From Eledone cirrhosa (taxonomy: Eukaryota), in NCBI GenBank assembly GCA_964016885.1, contig OZ024740.1, forward strand, positions 91,574,001 through 91,638,000: a stretch of DNA of 64,000 bases. The letters are read 5' to 3'. Position 1 is the first letter of the stretch. Each line of letters opens with the position of its first letter. This document shows, in pieces, positions 52,201-64,000 of this stretch. The notes under the pieces are model-generated. The model had not been told where the DNA came from, searched no databases, and was given only the letters and a program-made list of their open reading frames with translations. Made by a program: the position numbers and the translations under genes.

Positions 52201-55061
52201 AACTAGTTAAGCGGGCGTTGACGGGGGCCATCGTCAACAACAAGTGTTGGTTTTCTCTGAAAAGAGCGATTAGAAAAGAGTCCATTAAGTTTAGTAAGGC
52301 TTTAGCGATAGAGAAAAATAGAGCAGAGGGAGAACTAGTTAGAAAATTAGACGAGGCGCTTAGCAAAGGCATCGCGACAGTCGTACTTGCGGCGAAATTG
52401 GCCCTTTACCAATTATTCAATGCAAAGCACGAAGGGTGCGTTGTCAGAGCTAGGGTGCGTGCTATCAGACCCGAGGGGACGAAAGCCGTTCAATGGGTCC
52501 GAGTGGCGGAGGCCCGTCGTGGCAATAGAGCCACGATCCGGTCTCTGGTGGACCACGACGGGCGCATGCTACTCGATCCCGGGCAAATGTGTGAAGCTTA
52601 TCAACGACTCTTCGCACAGCTGTTCGGGGGCTGCGACGGGCCAGATCGAGGGATGGACTTTAGTGTCTACCTCGACGGACTGCCGCAGCTCTCGGCCACT
52701 GAGTCGGACTTATGCGAAAAGCCGATAAAAACCGCTGAAGTACGGGAGGCAATGACTGGCTGCACAAGGGATAAATCGCCTGGTTTGCATGGTTTGCTCT
52801 ATGAACTTTACTTACAGATGCCAGACTTGTTCGGAGGCCTCTTGGCGGACGTCTACTGCAACTGGCAACAGACCGGGAGAATTCCCAGCTCTGTGAGCCG
52901 AGGAGCTGTGGCGCTGCTGAGAAAGGATCCGAACAAGGGAGTTAACATATATAATTTCAGGCCCATAACTCTGCTAAACACAGAGTTCAAGATTTTGGCC
53001 AAGGTGCTAGCAAAGAGGTTGGCGCTTGTCGTTGGTGGTCTGGTGGGAGAGGCGCAGATATGCGCCATTCCAGACAGATCCATCCACGACAACCTCCACC
53101 CCATGCGATACATCGTAGAGAGGATAGCTAGGGAACCTGGCACGGGTGGGTCATTGATCAATTTAGATCAGTCGAAAGCTTTCGATAGGGTCGACCATCG
53201 TTACATAGAGGCAGTCCTGAGGGCGGCTGGCTTTGTGCCCGTCTTCAGAGACTGGATCGCTGCCATGCACAGCGACATCTGCTCTGTGGTGAGAGTGAAG
53301 GGTCACCTTTCGGAACCGTTCAACATCATGCGCTCAGTCCGCCGAGGATGTCCCCTCTTGTCCCTCTTGTACATATTAACTCTCGAGTCATTATTGCAGA
53401 AACTGGAGACGTTGAGGAGGGTCCCGCGCGAACTAGGATGCGGAAGATCCGTGTCAGCATATACGGACGATGCCACCGTAGTAGTGTCGAACGCCAAACA
53501 CATCGAGGCGATCGGCACCACATTAAGAGAATACGAGGCGGTGACAGGAGCAATGATCAACCAGGAAATGTCAGTGGGCGTGCAGCTCGGCACCTGGAGT
53601 TTCAGGTCCATGCCGTTCAACAGCGTCGTCAGGCGCTGGATGGACGGAGGGTTAAATTGCTAGGGGTCTGGCTCGGTCCGGACCTCCAGACGGCTAAACA
53701 CTCGGACGAGGCGACGAGCAGGGTGGCTTCTCTCACCCAGAAATGGGCGGAGAGGAAGCTATCCCTGAAAGGTCGCTAACGCGTACATCGCGTCCGTCAT
53801 CTACTATGGCCTGACCGTCGTACATTGTCCTAAGGCCCGCCTGACTGCGCTGCAGCGTTTGCTCTTTCGCTTTTTGTAAATGGAAGCGCTCCGATGGTCA
53901 GGCGGTCCAACTGCTGTCAACACCCGCTACGTGGAGGGCTGGGCATGCCATGGCTAATGATGCGCAGACACGTGCTCAGGCTACGACATCTCCACCTGTT
54001 CCTCGACGGTGATCAGGTGTTGTAGCCGTTTGCTAGACACGTCTTTCGCCAGCTCGTCTGATTGACGGATCTGCAGTCCTGGGACAAGCGAAGACCGAGA
54101 GGGTGCGATGGGAGACTGGAATGTCTTCAGGCGCTCACAGCCCTAGACCAATCGGGCAATGTGATCGGTGGAAACTCTACCTTGGCGTTCTATAGAGGTT
54201 TAGTGGAGTGGAAGAGCGACGACTTACTTGGAGAAACTGTAGGCGTCGACGAAAATCAACTAGCCAATCTCTCCGGAAGGACTTTCGTGCCGGGGCCTTT
54301 GGACAATTTCCAGAAATCCCTGGCCTTGCAGTGCTACCGAGGAGCTTTGGCAATTCGGGATAAACTCTACAGGCATGGAGGTGCCGTCAGACGCGCATGT
54401 TCCAGATGCGCGCAGGCCGACGAAACCGTCCTGCACGCACTCGTCCAGTGTCCGAGTATTGCTGACTTGTGGGTTTATATCGAACATCTGCTGTCACTTT
54501 AGGACGGATCCAGCTATCAGCTGAGTCCATCGTGAGGATTTCCCGGCCTTCTTCCTTTAGCCGGGAAGGCGAGGCAGTTTTTATCTGTCTGGTGGCCATG
54601 GCGAAAGAGATAGTATGCTGGACACGTTTGGAAGCGCTGAAAACGAGCACTTACCTCTTCGGTGATGCCCTGATTAACTTTTTCAAATTTCATTTGAAAA
54701 GGAAAATCAGGGTAGAGAGGGAAGTGCTCTCTACCCAGCATTTTGTTGAAAGATGGGTGAGAGAAGCAAGTATGGCCCGAGTGAATAGGCTTACTCTGAG
54801 TATGTGTCTGTAAACTAAAGGTGGAAAACTGGGAGAGGGCACTTTTCCTGGTGGTCAGGGTCACTGTTGCTTTTTAATGGGCTTTCTCCACAAATGTCCC
54901 TCGGAAGTCTCCACCTTATTGGGGAATTGTTAATTGTATTTTTGTTACATCCTCTGATTTTGTTTTTTAACACGCAGAAATGCCCATTTGTACCATCCTG
55001 TATTGTCCTGTACTGTCCTTAATGTATACTTTATCTAAATCCCTGTGGTTAATAAAGAAGG

Positions 55062-55062
<1 letters not shown>
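49255..55062 (+). mobile_element. Near full-length Tx1/L1-clade LINE (ORF1 remnant plus ORF2), flanked by (ATT)n
   Basis: ORF1 remnant with zinc-knuckle-like VEGRRPRCVVCGERTQLRAFCP at ~50450-50515; ORF2 as below; 3' end TGTGGTTAATAAAGAAGGC(ATT)n. Confidence 0.88.
51407..54813 (+). pseudogene. LINE ORF2: APE endonuclease, reverse transcriptase and CCHC finger, with frameshifts and stops
   Basis: IGSINARGL, ISETRI, VAIYAP, VGDWNG, YTDHK, GPGYWKLN, NFRPITLLNTEFKILAK, LDQSKAFDRVDH, VRRGCPL, AYTDD, CSRCAQADETVLHALVQC. Confidence 0.96.
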
Positions 55063-55106
<44 letters not shown>

Positions 55107-55224
55107 ACACTCAATAGTTATAATAGTTCTGCCACGTGGTATACCTATTCTCAAATATATATATATATATAAAATAGAATTTAGCACCTTATCTACTCTG
55201 GTTACACCCGATTTCTCTCACTCT

Positions 55225-55420
<196 letters not shown>

Positions 55421-55658
55421 TTTAGTACAGCATTAACGAAGCTTTAGGCTGCGGCTAAGCTAACGAATGCAAGTTCGGAATGTAGCTTTAGTACTCGATA
55501 GAGAATAATACCCCAGAGTAATAACAATACGTTTAGACAGCTTTGCAAATCAATTATAGCGATCGGCAGTCCAGCCGCATTTCCGTAGCAACGAAAATGA
55601 TTGGACTCAAGAAAATATTTTAATATATATATATATATGATATTAATAAATGGAAACT

Positions 55659-55884
55659 ATCTTTGTAAAACCATATTTATTTTATTATATATATTTCAAA
55701 GGTACAATAATTTTGGCACGCACTCATCAGATAAAATACAAAGTTGTTTTATAAATAGTGACATATCCCAAAAACAAGAACTTATAGTTTTAAATTATTT
55801 TGTATTTTATCTGATGTGTGCGTACGAACATGTTTGTACTCTTGAAATATATTTAATAAAATAAATATGGTTTTACAAAGATTA
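55659..55884. mobile_element. Fold-back repeat of the 21311 family with two opposed hammerheads (minus 55678-55738, plus 55803-55863)
   Basis: TATTTTAT-CTGATG(A/T)-GTGCGT.C...GTAC...-GAAA-TATAT.-TA-ATAAAATA on both strands; flank GATATTAA.AAATGGAAACT shared with 21316. Confidence 0.8.
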
Positions 55885-57482
55885 TACTTCAGAAGAAATC
55901 TGTAGAGTGTTTCGATTCTGTTATAATTAAATGTGTTGAATAACCAACACATTAAATAACTCTTTGCTTATATATTGTTCTACATGACCACAGGAGAGTA
56001 AACTTTATATTTAAGTTGACAAATTTATACAATACCAATTTAAATATCTGGATACATATATTAGGCCCGTGCATTTGAAATACGTGACTACCATTTTATT
56101 AGATTAGTAATACGTTTTCTTTTCTATTTTACGTGGTATTGATATGTTGTAATATCTCCTTATCAACCACAATAAGACTGTTACAGAAATCCACATGTTC
56201 ATGTAAATATTATTATAAAACTTACAATTTCTACTGGATTTGTAGTTTCACTTCAGTTTATTCAAAGGACGAACCTTACATATTGTTAAACATAACTGCA
56301 GAACGAACGTGAGGATGTCGTATTGATTCCATCGAAACATGTTTCTGTCCAGAAGAAATAGAACTGGAAATGAACCTCGACTTAGTTTATGACAGAGTAG
56401 AATGAACTGAAACTAAATCTTTTCAAGCATTTCTATAGATTCTATAAGCTGACGCCAATTTGTCTCTTTCTTGTTTATACTTTAATCTAAATATCATATA
56501 TTTGACAGGAATAATCGGAAAAACTTCAAGATGGAGAAGATACTGTAGTGTGTTGGTGCACGAATTTATTGGAATTATTTAATTAACATCAAGTTGGGGA
56601 AAACTTTCGATACATTTTATAGTGATAACCTAAACTGGGAAAAGCGTACATTTAACATTTCCGGAACGTTTATATTTCTGACGAAATTACGGTTGATTCT
56701 ACACAGAGCATTGTGTTATTTTAATGTAAAATTACATAGATATATTAAAATATCTCATCATTTTTCATTCATATTAATTCTCCCATTTCTGGTTTAGTCG
56801 AGTACGAATGGCATTGGCTATACAAATGTTCAGTGCCTTAATGTTTACTATTAGTAATAGGGGAACGAAGGAACTAGAAAGCTAATATCAGACTATGAAA
56901 TATATGTAGAACATTATATATATAATAGTTTTTCAGAAAATACTTCCTACGGCTGCAGGATCAAATTCTCTTAAGAATCTGCTATTGATATTTTTTTAGA
57001 TATTGTCAAACAAGATATTCTGCTGAATTAGAATCATTGATATACACATACACATACACATATACAACCTTCATAGGTATTAATTACTGGAGTCTGTAAA
57101 GAGAAGAAGGGAATATTTCATTTACAATGATTTTGCTTTTAGTTTTCAACACAACATGCAGCTATTTGGCTACGATATTTTAAACTTGCAAAATTCATTT
57201 AAGCTCAGAGCTAATAATCTATGGCTTCATACAAATATGATTGAATTATTTAGTGGCGTATACAATGTTGTTATAAACGGAATATCATTATAGCAATCGC
57301 ATCTCAGTTGGCTTCTGTAAATAAAATAATGCTCCATCATATTTACTACGCAACTTTCAAACAATACGATATACATTCCATGTGTAAAGGAAATACATTA
57401 ATGTTCTCAAATATAGAAAAAAATGCTATAATAATATATTTTCTAATTCAGACATATTTCCAACATTTTGCGAGTTAAGTCA

Positions 57483-57625
57483 GTTATATCGACCGCTGTA
57501 TTTTACTGGTATATTTTTCTAAACATCGGAGTGGTGAAAGGCAAAATCGATCTGTGTCGGATTTAAACATAGAAAGCAGTGATTTGAAACAAATGTCACA
57601 GGCCATATTGCTGACGTTCTAAAGA
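57483..57625 (-). mobile_element. Old, diverged SINE of the same core superfamily
   Basis: ACTGGTATATTTTTCT...GGTGAAAGGCAAAATCGATCTGTGTCGGATTTAAAC. Confidence 0.6.
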
Positions 57626-58999
57626 TTGTTCAAGTGCAACATTCTCATGCCATTTTATTATGCAATAAACAAAACACCCGATGACACACCCCATTGTTCG
57701 AATGTAAATAAAGAAACACAATGTTAATAGTTTTTAAAAGATATATAGTTGATTTAATGGATGGTTAGTTTAGATTTTCTTTCTGATAGTATAATAGAGA
57801 GCAGTCAATCACATGTTAAATATATTGTATAATTATTGTTAATTTACCTCTTTCGGTTACCCTAGTTCTTGAAATGTTTACGGTGGAAATGAAAAACAAT
57901 GTAGTATATTATTCAATAGCTTTTGGTCCTTAATTAAAAACTAAAAGTATTTGGAATGTTACACTCTGGTGGATGTTTATGTGTTCATGTCGATCAATGT
58001 TTATGGGTCTGACGTGATACATCTAGCTATAAGCTTTTTCACATATATGTATTTAAGTGCTAAACGTAATAATTAAATTATAGAATTATCTTAATTTTAT
58101 ATAACTCAAATATGAAATGTATTCATTCTCATGACATATATATCTTTGTATCACCTTGCAATGGCATATTACATAGGTTCATACTCAGATTTGCTTCTTA
58201 GATAGTGCACTTAATTGTATGTAATTCACATATAGAAAACTGATATTCAGAGGGTAATAAGCAGGATAGATGTCAAAAGAAAATATGTTATGTCATAACA
58301 AATGTCTAAATATAATTTTGTCTGTGATCCTTTAAATTGTACTAATACTTAATCCTGATTAATTATCAGCATATTCAACACTTAAAAAAAGACAGAAAAG
58401 GAAACGTCCGACCAGCTGATACATCAAAGTTGTTTAATTAACTTCATCGTTTACTAATTAGATTCAACCTTCAGATTTATAAATGTGAATGTTGGATGTT
58501 AGTTCGTTCTGAAATAGAGTACGTTCATAGAAAAACTTGAATATATCGACATCATCGACTTTCTTCTTTATATTCTGATTCAAATTAACACCTTATTGCT
58601 AAATCTCGTATTCAAGGGACCTATTGTAAAAGCATGTTCAGACATTATGAAATAGTGGTAAGAGTAACATTTCGACATATTTCTTGTGCAGGTTTTGGTA
58701 GAATGTTTCAGTTTTGAGCACTTTAAGCTTAAGTAGCACTGAAAATATTACTCGTTTTCGCATCATTTATTAGAATATGAAAATCGAAACAAAATCATGC
58801 TCCATCAAAGAATTAAGGAGCGCAATCAGATATCACTTAAAGTTAAAATTCCTACAAAATTGTATGAAACTTTCAAAATTAAAATGGTTGAAAAATATCT
58901 ATATTTGAATATTAATAGGGTATTTCAACCCTCGTAATTTCAACCTCGTCTTCTCTGTGTGTGTATTTTTATTTCTATGTTCTCTAATTTGCCCTTATG

Positions 59000-60555
59000 T
59001 TATATTTTAGCATGCTGGTGGAGTATTGATGAGTCTTTTCTAACTTGAAGCTCTCGCTAGTGTTCATTTAAGCATTCTCCTATTCTACGAGATGTCTCAC
59101 CTATGTACATTATATTCATATCTTTACACGTCGAGGTTCACTTTGCTTTTCATCCTTACGGGGTCGATAAAATAAAGTACCAGTAATGTACCGGGTAATT
59201 GCTGGCATTGTGCCAAAAGTAGAAACAATTATATTCTTATCTTTACATTGTCCCTCAGTACATCTTATGCTATATACTATGTTTCAAATTTTGCAGTTAA
59301 TATGGGGGCTCAGTTTAAAGATTATGCATTTCTTTTCTATACAGGGAGGTCTTTTGAAAGGGTATGTATTACCAATATGTATTTTTATGGAGGTACCTGG
59401 TCTTTCCACTATCTTAATATTTAGTTTAAATTTATCTAGGGCCCTTCTAAATGTGTAAAGCTAGTTTACCTCTAGGGGTTGTATTGATGAACATTACCCT
59501 CTGGTATATTATTGCTATCATACAATGAGTTTATTATATTAACCTTATTCCTAGTTCTTTCTATTATATTCCAAATTTTGCTCCTATACAAGGGGTTGGT
59601 CCCATTTATATCATTATTTACCATGTTTTCCCATTTGGTTCTGGCTCCTTTATATACTGTGATTTTATCTCTCTCATTGTAACCAGAGAACTACATATGT
59701 TGGATCAAGTGTTGTATGTGTCTCTCTGGTTTTTTGGGGGTTGCACATGCGGGACACGTTCCTCATCACGCGTACTAAATATGCAATCAGTATGTTGATT
59801 TTAGTGTGATCCGAAACAGCTGAGATTCGGTGGATCAGTTATTTGGAAGTCATGGGTTTGGCATAATGGGAATGGAGAATTTATATTTTGTTATTAATGG
59901 TTTCTAACCAGAGCTCTGTATCTAGTACAGGCAATCGAGGGTTGGGGTGTGTGCTTGGGTAGACTATAGTAACTCTAATACTCTGGTCGATGGAGTTAGC
60001 TATTTGCTGGATGCTTTAAATGGTGTTGTTCTCTAATTCCTGACTGTTCTCTAGTGTGTGTGTGTGGGAGGGGGGGGGGGTTACTACAATGTTTATAACA
60101 TCATCGTAGCGGGAGTACATAATCAGGATTAAGAGGGTATTGTCTTCTAATTGATTTTTAAGTTTATTGCCCCACCATGCTATGAACAGGTTAACTATGT
60201 GACCTGCAATGCTAACACCAATGGCTGCTCCCTCCTCTTGGGCATATGTGTATTCCATTAAATTGAACATATGTTCCTTAAGGGCTAGTTTTATACTCTA
60301 CACCCACCGCATGTGCAATCATTGTCTTTAGTTCATCATGGATTTGGGGGGTATGTATGGCCCTGGTCCATCAGTACCGTCTTCCTGTGTGGGTTTTCTT
60401 GTCCATTGAGGTATTGGTAGGTGCTCTGCCTCCTGCTGGCCTTGTGGGCAGAGGTTTCTAAGGTCATACGTATCTAGATAATCATTATTATATGTAAGTT
60501 TATGTAGGAGCCCTAGCTAACAGGTATCAATCCCATGGAATTCAACATTGCTCTC
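59000..60555 (-). mobile_element. Penelope-like RT pseudogene
   Basis: YTYAQEEGAAIGVSIAGHIVNLFIAWW, YSRYDDVI, LPVLDTELW, ILHSHYAKPMTSK. Confidence 0.8.
59132..59232 (+). mobile_element. SINE 3' half, same family as 5098
   Basis: Core and tail match. Confidence 0.9.
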
Positions 60556-61022
60556 ACTGATCATTTCCATAATCAATAATTATTATGGAAATAAAATCTA
60601 CACACAGAAAGGTCGCGATGTTTAGCAAATCACATAGGCAATAAACATAAATGAACTCCAACCAAAATTCCATAGAAAACATGAATGGAATAACAACATC
60701 ACAACTTACAATTAAGGACAAAATGAAAACACACACACATATAGAACAGACAATAAACTTGTAACATGTAAATAAACAAATAAATAAATAAATAAAAACA
60801 CACACATACACCCGGATGCAACACATGCGCAAACTACGCACACAGCACACTTAAAAACAAGATGGCGCAGGACAGAAGAAAGGAGAGGTACAAAATAAAG
60901 AAAATAATTCCCGGTCACTGATGAGGTCATATAATGTGTGACGAAAGAACTTTGACAATACAATTATAAATTTCTGTTTGGTTGGGTGTGGAACCAACCA
61001 ACCAACCAGAAATTTATAATTT
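60556..61022 (+). mobile_element. Inverted 3' end/terminal repeat of the same PLE family, with a hammerhead and a terminal hairpin (60962-61022)
   Basis: Matches 39250-39380 on the plus strand; AATTATAAATTTCTG...CAGAAATTTATAATT hairpin. Confidence 0.65.
60914..60956 (+). ncRNA. Minimal type I hammerhead motif
   Basis: GTCA-CTGATGA-G-GTCATA taatg TGTGAC-GAAA-GAAC-TT-TGAC; stem I GTCA/TGAC. Confidence 0.8.
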
Positions 61023-61220
61023 TTTTTTAAATGTATTATTTAATTCATAATAAATTGGAGTGAAAGCATCTGGTGCGTGTGTTTCTTATTGGCAACATGA
61101 TAAAAAAGTATAACAATATCTGTATTTTGATAAATATTTGCTCTAAGGGTTTATATATCTGATTTATATTTATCCTTATCAAGCCTTCTTTGGATTTTAG
61201 TCTTCGAATTTATTATTATT

Positions 61221-61314
<94 letters not shown>

Positions 61315-61324
61315 CACAGTAAAT

Positions 61325-61535
61325 GACTCAGGACCACGACAGCTGAGGTCCGGCCGTTTTCATAGCTAGATCCGAAATAAGCCACCATATTGGTGGCTTA
61401 GTCGGATCTACCTGTCGAAACGGCTGGAGCACCACCGTTTGGGTCGTCACACTTTTCCTATTACCTTCTCTTCTTTTCTAACTATTGAGTACTCTAGTGC
61501 GTTATTGTCCCCTGGTATCTTACCACAAATTCTTT

Positions 61536-61537
<2 letters not shown>
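61325..61537 (+). mobile_element. Third, diverged member of the 2053 fold-back family
   Basis: TAGATCCGA.ATAAGCCACCA tat TGGTGGCTTA.TCGGATCTA hairpin, GTCGAAACGGCT, tail GTGCGTTATTGTCCCCTGGTATCTTACCACA before (TA)n. Confidence 0.75.
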
Positions 61538-61629
<92 letters not shown>

Positions 61630-61632
<3 letters not shown>

Positions 61633-64000
61633 TTTAAGTAAACAGAGAACAGAAAAACAAAAAAATAACAAAAAGACGGGGAAGCAAAGAGGCAGTACAA
61701 ATGTTATTATTATTAGCTTCACGCATGAGAGTGTGGGTGGGGGACGACATTTCTGGCATAAGCCCTTCATCAGGAGAAAAGTGGGTAGGAAGAGAGTTCC
61801 GAGGGTGTGGGAGGTGTGGTGGAAAGACATTAGAAAAAATGACTTTAAAAAATTTGGGAGAGAAAAGGAAGAGAAAAAAGATTTTTAGAGAGTAAACAAA
61901 TTATTTTTTAAATAAAAAGAAACAAGTGGTGATTGGGTGTGAGGCATGTAGGGGTGCTGGTGTATGGAGATGTGTAGAGGGGAAGGGTAGACGGGGAGTC
62001 CGAGCGGGGAGAACCTAAGGTGGTGTTTGTGTATGTGTGTAGGTGTACGTGTGTCTGTGTGTGTATGTGAATGTGAGAGTTGGGGGTAGAACGAGGTTCC
62101 ATGTTCAGGTAAAAGTGAAACCCGTGTGTACATGGGGTGCGGTGTAAGTCTGTATGTGTGTGCGTGTGGATGGAGAGTGATCAGAGGGGTGGGGTAGAGG
62201 GGGCGTGTGGACTCCGGAGGTTGACTGGGTTTATGTGAGGATACGCACGTGTGTGTTTGTTTATATGTGGCGTGGATGAATGGTGGCGTGGTTCGAAAAT
62301 AATGTAATTGGTTGTTTGTGTGTATTTTCCGAGGGTATTTCCAGAGAGTGTGATACCAGATGTTGGAGATTCCGCCAGTGGTAGGATGGATTGCTGGAGC
62401 GATGACCGGTGGTGTAAAATCCTGGTGTGGTAGTGAGGAAGTGGAGAGATATGGGTGCGCACGCAACAGGAAGTGATCAGAGGGCCAAGGCAGGCTGAAG
62501 AGATAGGAGTAGGCAGTATAGGAGGATGACAGGTAAAGATAGGGTCTGTATGTGGTGTGGACTGTGTGAATGTGTGTGCGGAGGTACGATGGACAGGGGA
62601 GGAGATGGGTAGGTGTGAAAGGTGGAGAGAAGAGATGGTGGTGTTGGGGGTTTGTGTGTATATTAGTGGAGGTATAAGTGGGATGAGTGTGCGAGGAGGT
62701 GTTGGTGGAACGGAGAGAGAGAGATTGAAACAAAAGGTGTTGGGGACGGAAGAGGGAGTGTAGTGTACGGTGTGTGTGTGTGCATGTTTGGATATGAGTG
62801 CGTGTGTGTGTGTGGTAGATAGGGTGTTAGTATTACTGGTTAGTTTGATAAGCTGTGGGGTGGCACAAGAGGGTGGGCGGAGTTCTGGGAGTGGAGGTGG
62901 CGGTGAAATTGAGGAGTAGTTAGTGGTTTTAGTGGGGTTATGTGGGGTGGTGGAGAAGCGGGCGGTCGAATGCTAAAGGAAGAGGGGTGTGGAGTTCAGG
63001 CCGGGGAGTGTTTGGGTCTGTAGGGTGAAGATGGTGTGTTGCTCGACTGTGAGGTGGGTGGTGGGTGTCCCATGCATTGGATCAGGCCACAGACTGTGCG
63101 GTAGTGGGCGGAATATCAAGGGGAGCCAAAGTGGCGGGCGATGGGGGAACACCCGCCGAGACGAATATCGTAGAGGTGCTTCGTGAACCGATCCGCCAGG
63201 CGGCGTCCAGTTCCTCCGATGTAGGATTGCGCTGCACTCTGTGCAGCGATGTCCGTAGACGAGGTTGGAGGAGGTGTAACGGAAGGCGTGTCGGACAGAG
63301 ATAGAGTGGCCGCTGTGACGCTGGAATGTGGTGGTGTCGGTGATGTGGGGGCAGGTGTGGTAGCGAGGCCTTGAACGGGGAAGGGAACAGGGGGGGGGGG
63401 GGGAGAATAATGTGGATTGGGGGTAGTAAACTGAGGGAAGGAGGGAGCGGAGATTACGCGCGCGTTTGATGGAGGGAATGGGTGGGGATGGGAATATGGG
63501 GGATGTTGATGGGTCGTACTGGAGGCGTTGGAAGTGGTGGAGGAGTGGTCCGTGCGGGGGAAAGGGAGAAGGTGGGTGTGGGTGTGGGGCGTGGTGGTGA
63601 GGGCGATGGAGTGGTGGACAGCACGGGCACGAGTGAGGGCGGTGTGTAAGAAGGAGGGGGGTTACCTCTCCGGATGAAATGGTTGACTAGAGAAATGTCT
63701 TGGGATTCGAAGTCAGCATCTCGGCTGCAGAGGCGGCGGAACCGGAGGAGTTGGGAGTAGGGAATGGAGTGTTTTGTGTGCATAGGGTGGCAGGAGGTGA
63801 GGTCGTGATAGGAAGGGGAGTTGGTGGGTTTGAAGAAGGTTCAGGTGACGAGGGATTAGTGGGAGGGGTCGATGGCGGCAGAGATGTCCAACACGTGGAT
63901 GTGGATGGTGTAGATAGAGGAGGTGAAGTGGAGGAAAGGGTGGAAGAAGCAGAAGAAGGAGAGAAAGGAGTTGAGCTGTTCTCGGGTGTGGGTCGTGGCC
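61630..64000 (-). mobile_element. Penelope-like element (RT end, GIY-YIG, long C/A-rich 3' region, terminal repeat); runs off the window
   Basis: VLDISAAI, FKPTNSPSYHDLTSCHPMHTKHSIPYSQLLRFRRLCS, YIGGTGRRLADRFTKHLYDIR. Confidence 0.9.
61745..61774 (-). ncRNA. Minimal hammerhead core in the PLE 3' terminal repeat
   Basis: C-CTGATGA-A-GGGC ttat GCCA-GAAAT-GTC-G, a slightly decayed version of 42467-42496. Confidence 0.65.

Noticed and set aside
52853-53620. Antisense ORFs over the LINE RT
   Set aside because: Shadow frames of a GC-rich coding sequence.
56257-56405. Frame YSKDEPYILLNITAERT*GCRIDSIETCFCPEE with a single TGA (selenoprotein?) and an overlapping GTGAGGA...GAAACATGTT HHR-like string
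   Set aside because: No known selenoprotein motif or SECIS seen, and the HHR stems do not pair; both are compatible with chance.
61885-62733. 282 aa His/Pro/Thr-rich minus-strand ORF
   Set aside because: Stop-poor C/A-rich 3' region of the PLE; compositional artefact with no domain.

Overview
Repeat-dense, AT-rich eukaryotic DNA with no recognisable host protein-coding gene. The abundant SINE carrying GCCTTTCATCCTTACGGGGTCGATAAAATAAAGTACCAG plus the (TA)n/(GA)n/(CA)n load suggests an octopus or other cephalopod (inference). Contents: a decayed Rep/helicase Helitron, a near full-length and a 5'-truncated Tx1/L1-type LINE, three R4/Dong-type LINE pieces, RTE pieces, a deleted mariner, about 10 copies of one SINE, and several Penelope-like elements (PLEs). 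The main signal is RNA-structural. About 15 complete, degenerate or half type I hammerhead ribozyme (HHR) motifs from roughly 10 sequence families were read by eye, many in fold-back PLE terminal-repeat remnants beside (TA)n. The best candidate for a novel system is a non-coding ~320 bp tandem array at 9703-10853 with one HHR per unit and a non-canonical U3-A8 core pair, i.e. a retrozyme-like element. All folding and alignment was done by eye, and element boundaries are approximate.
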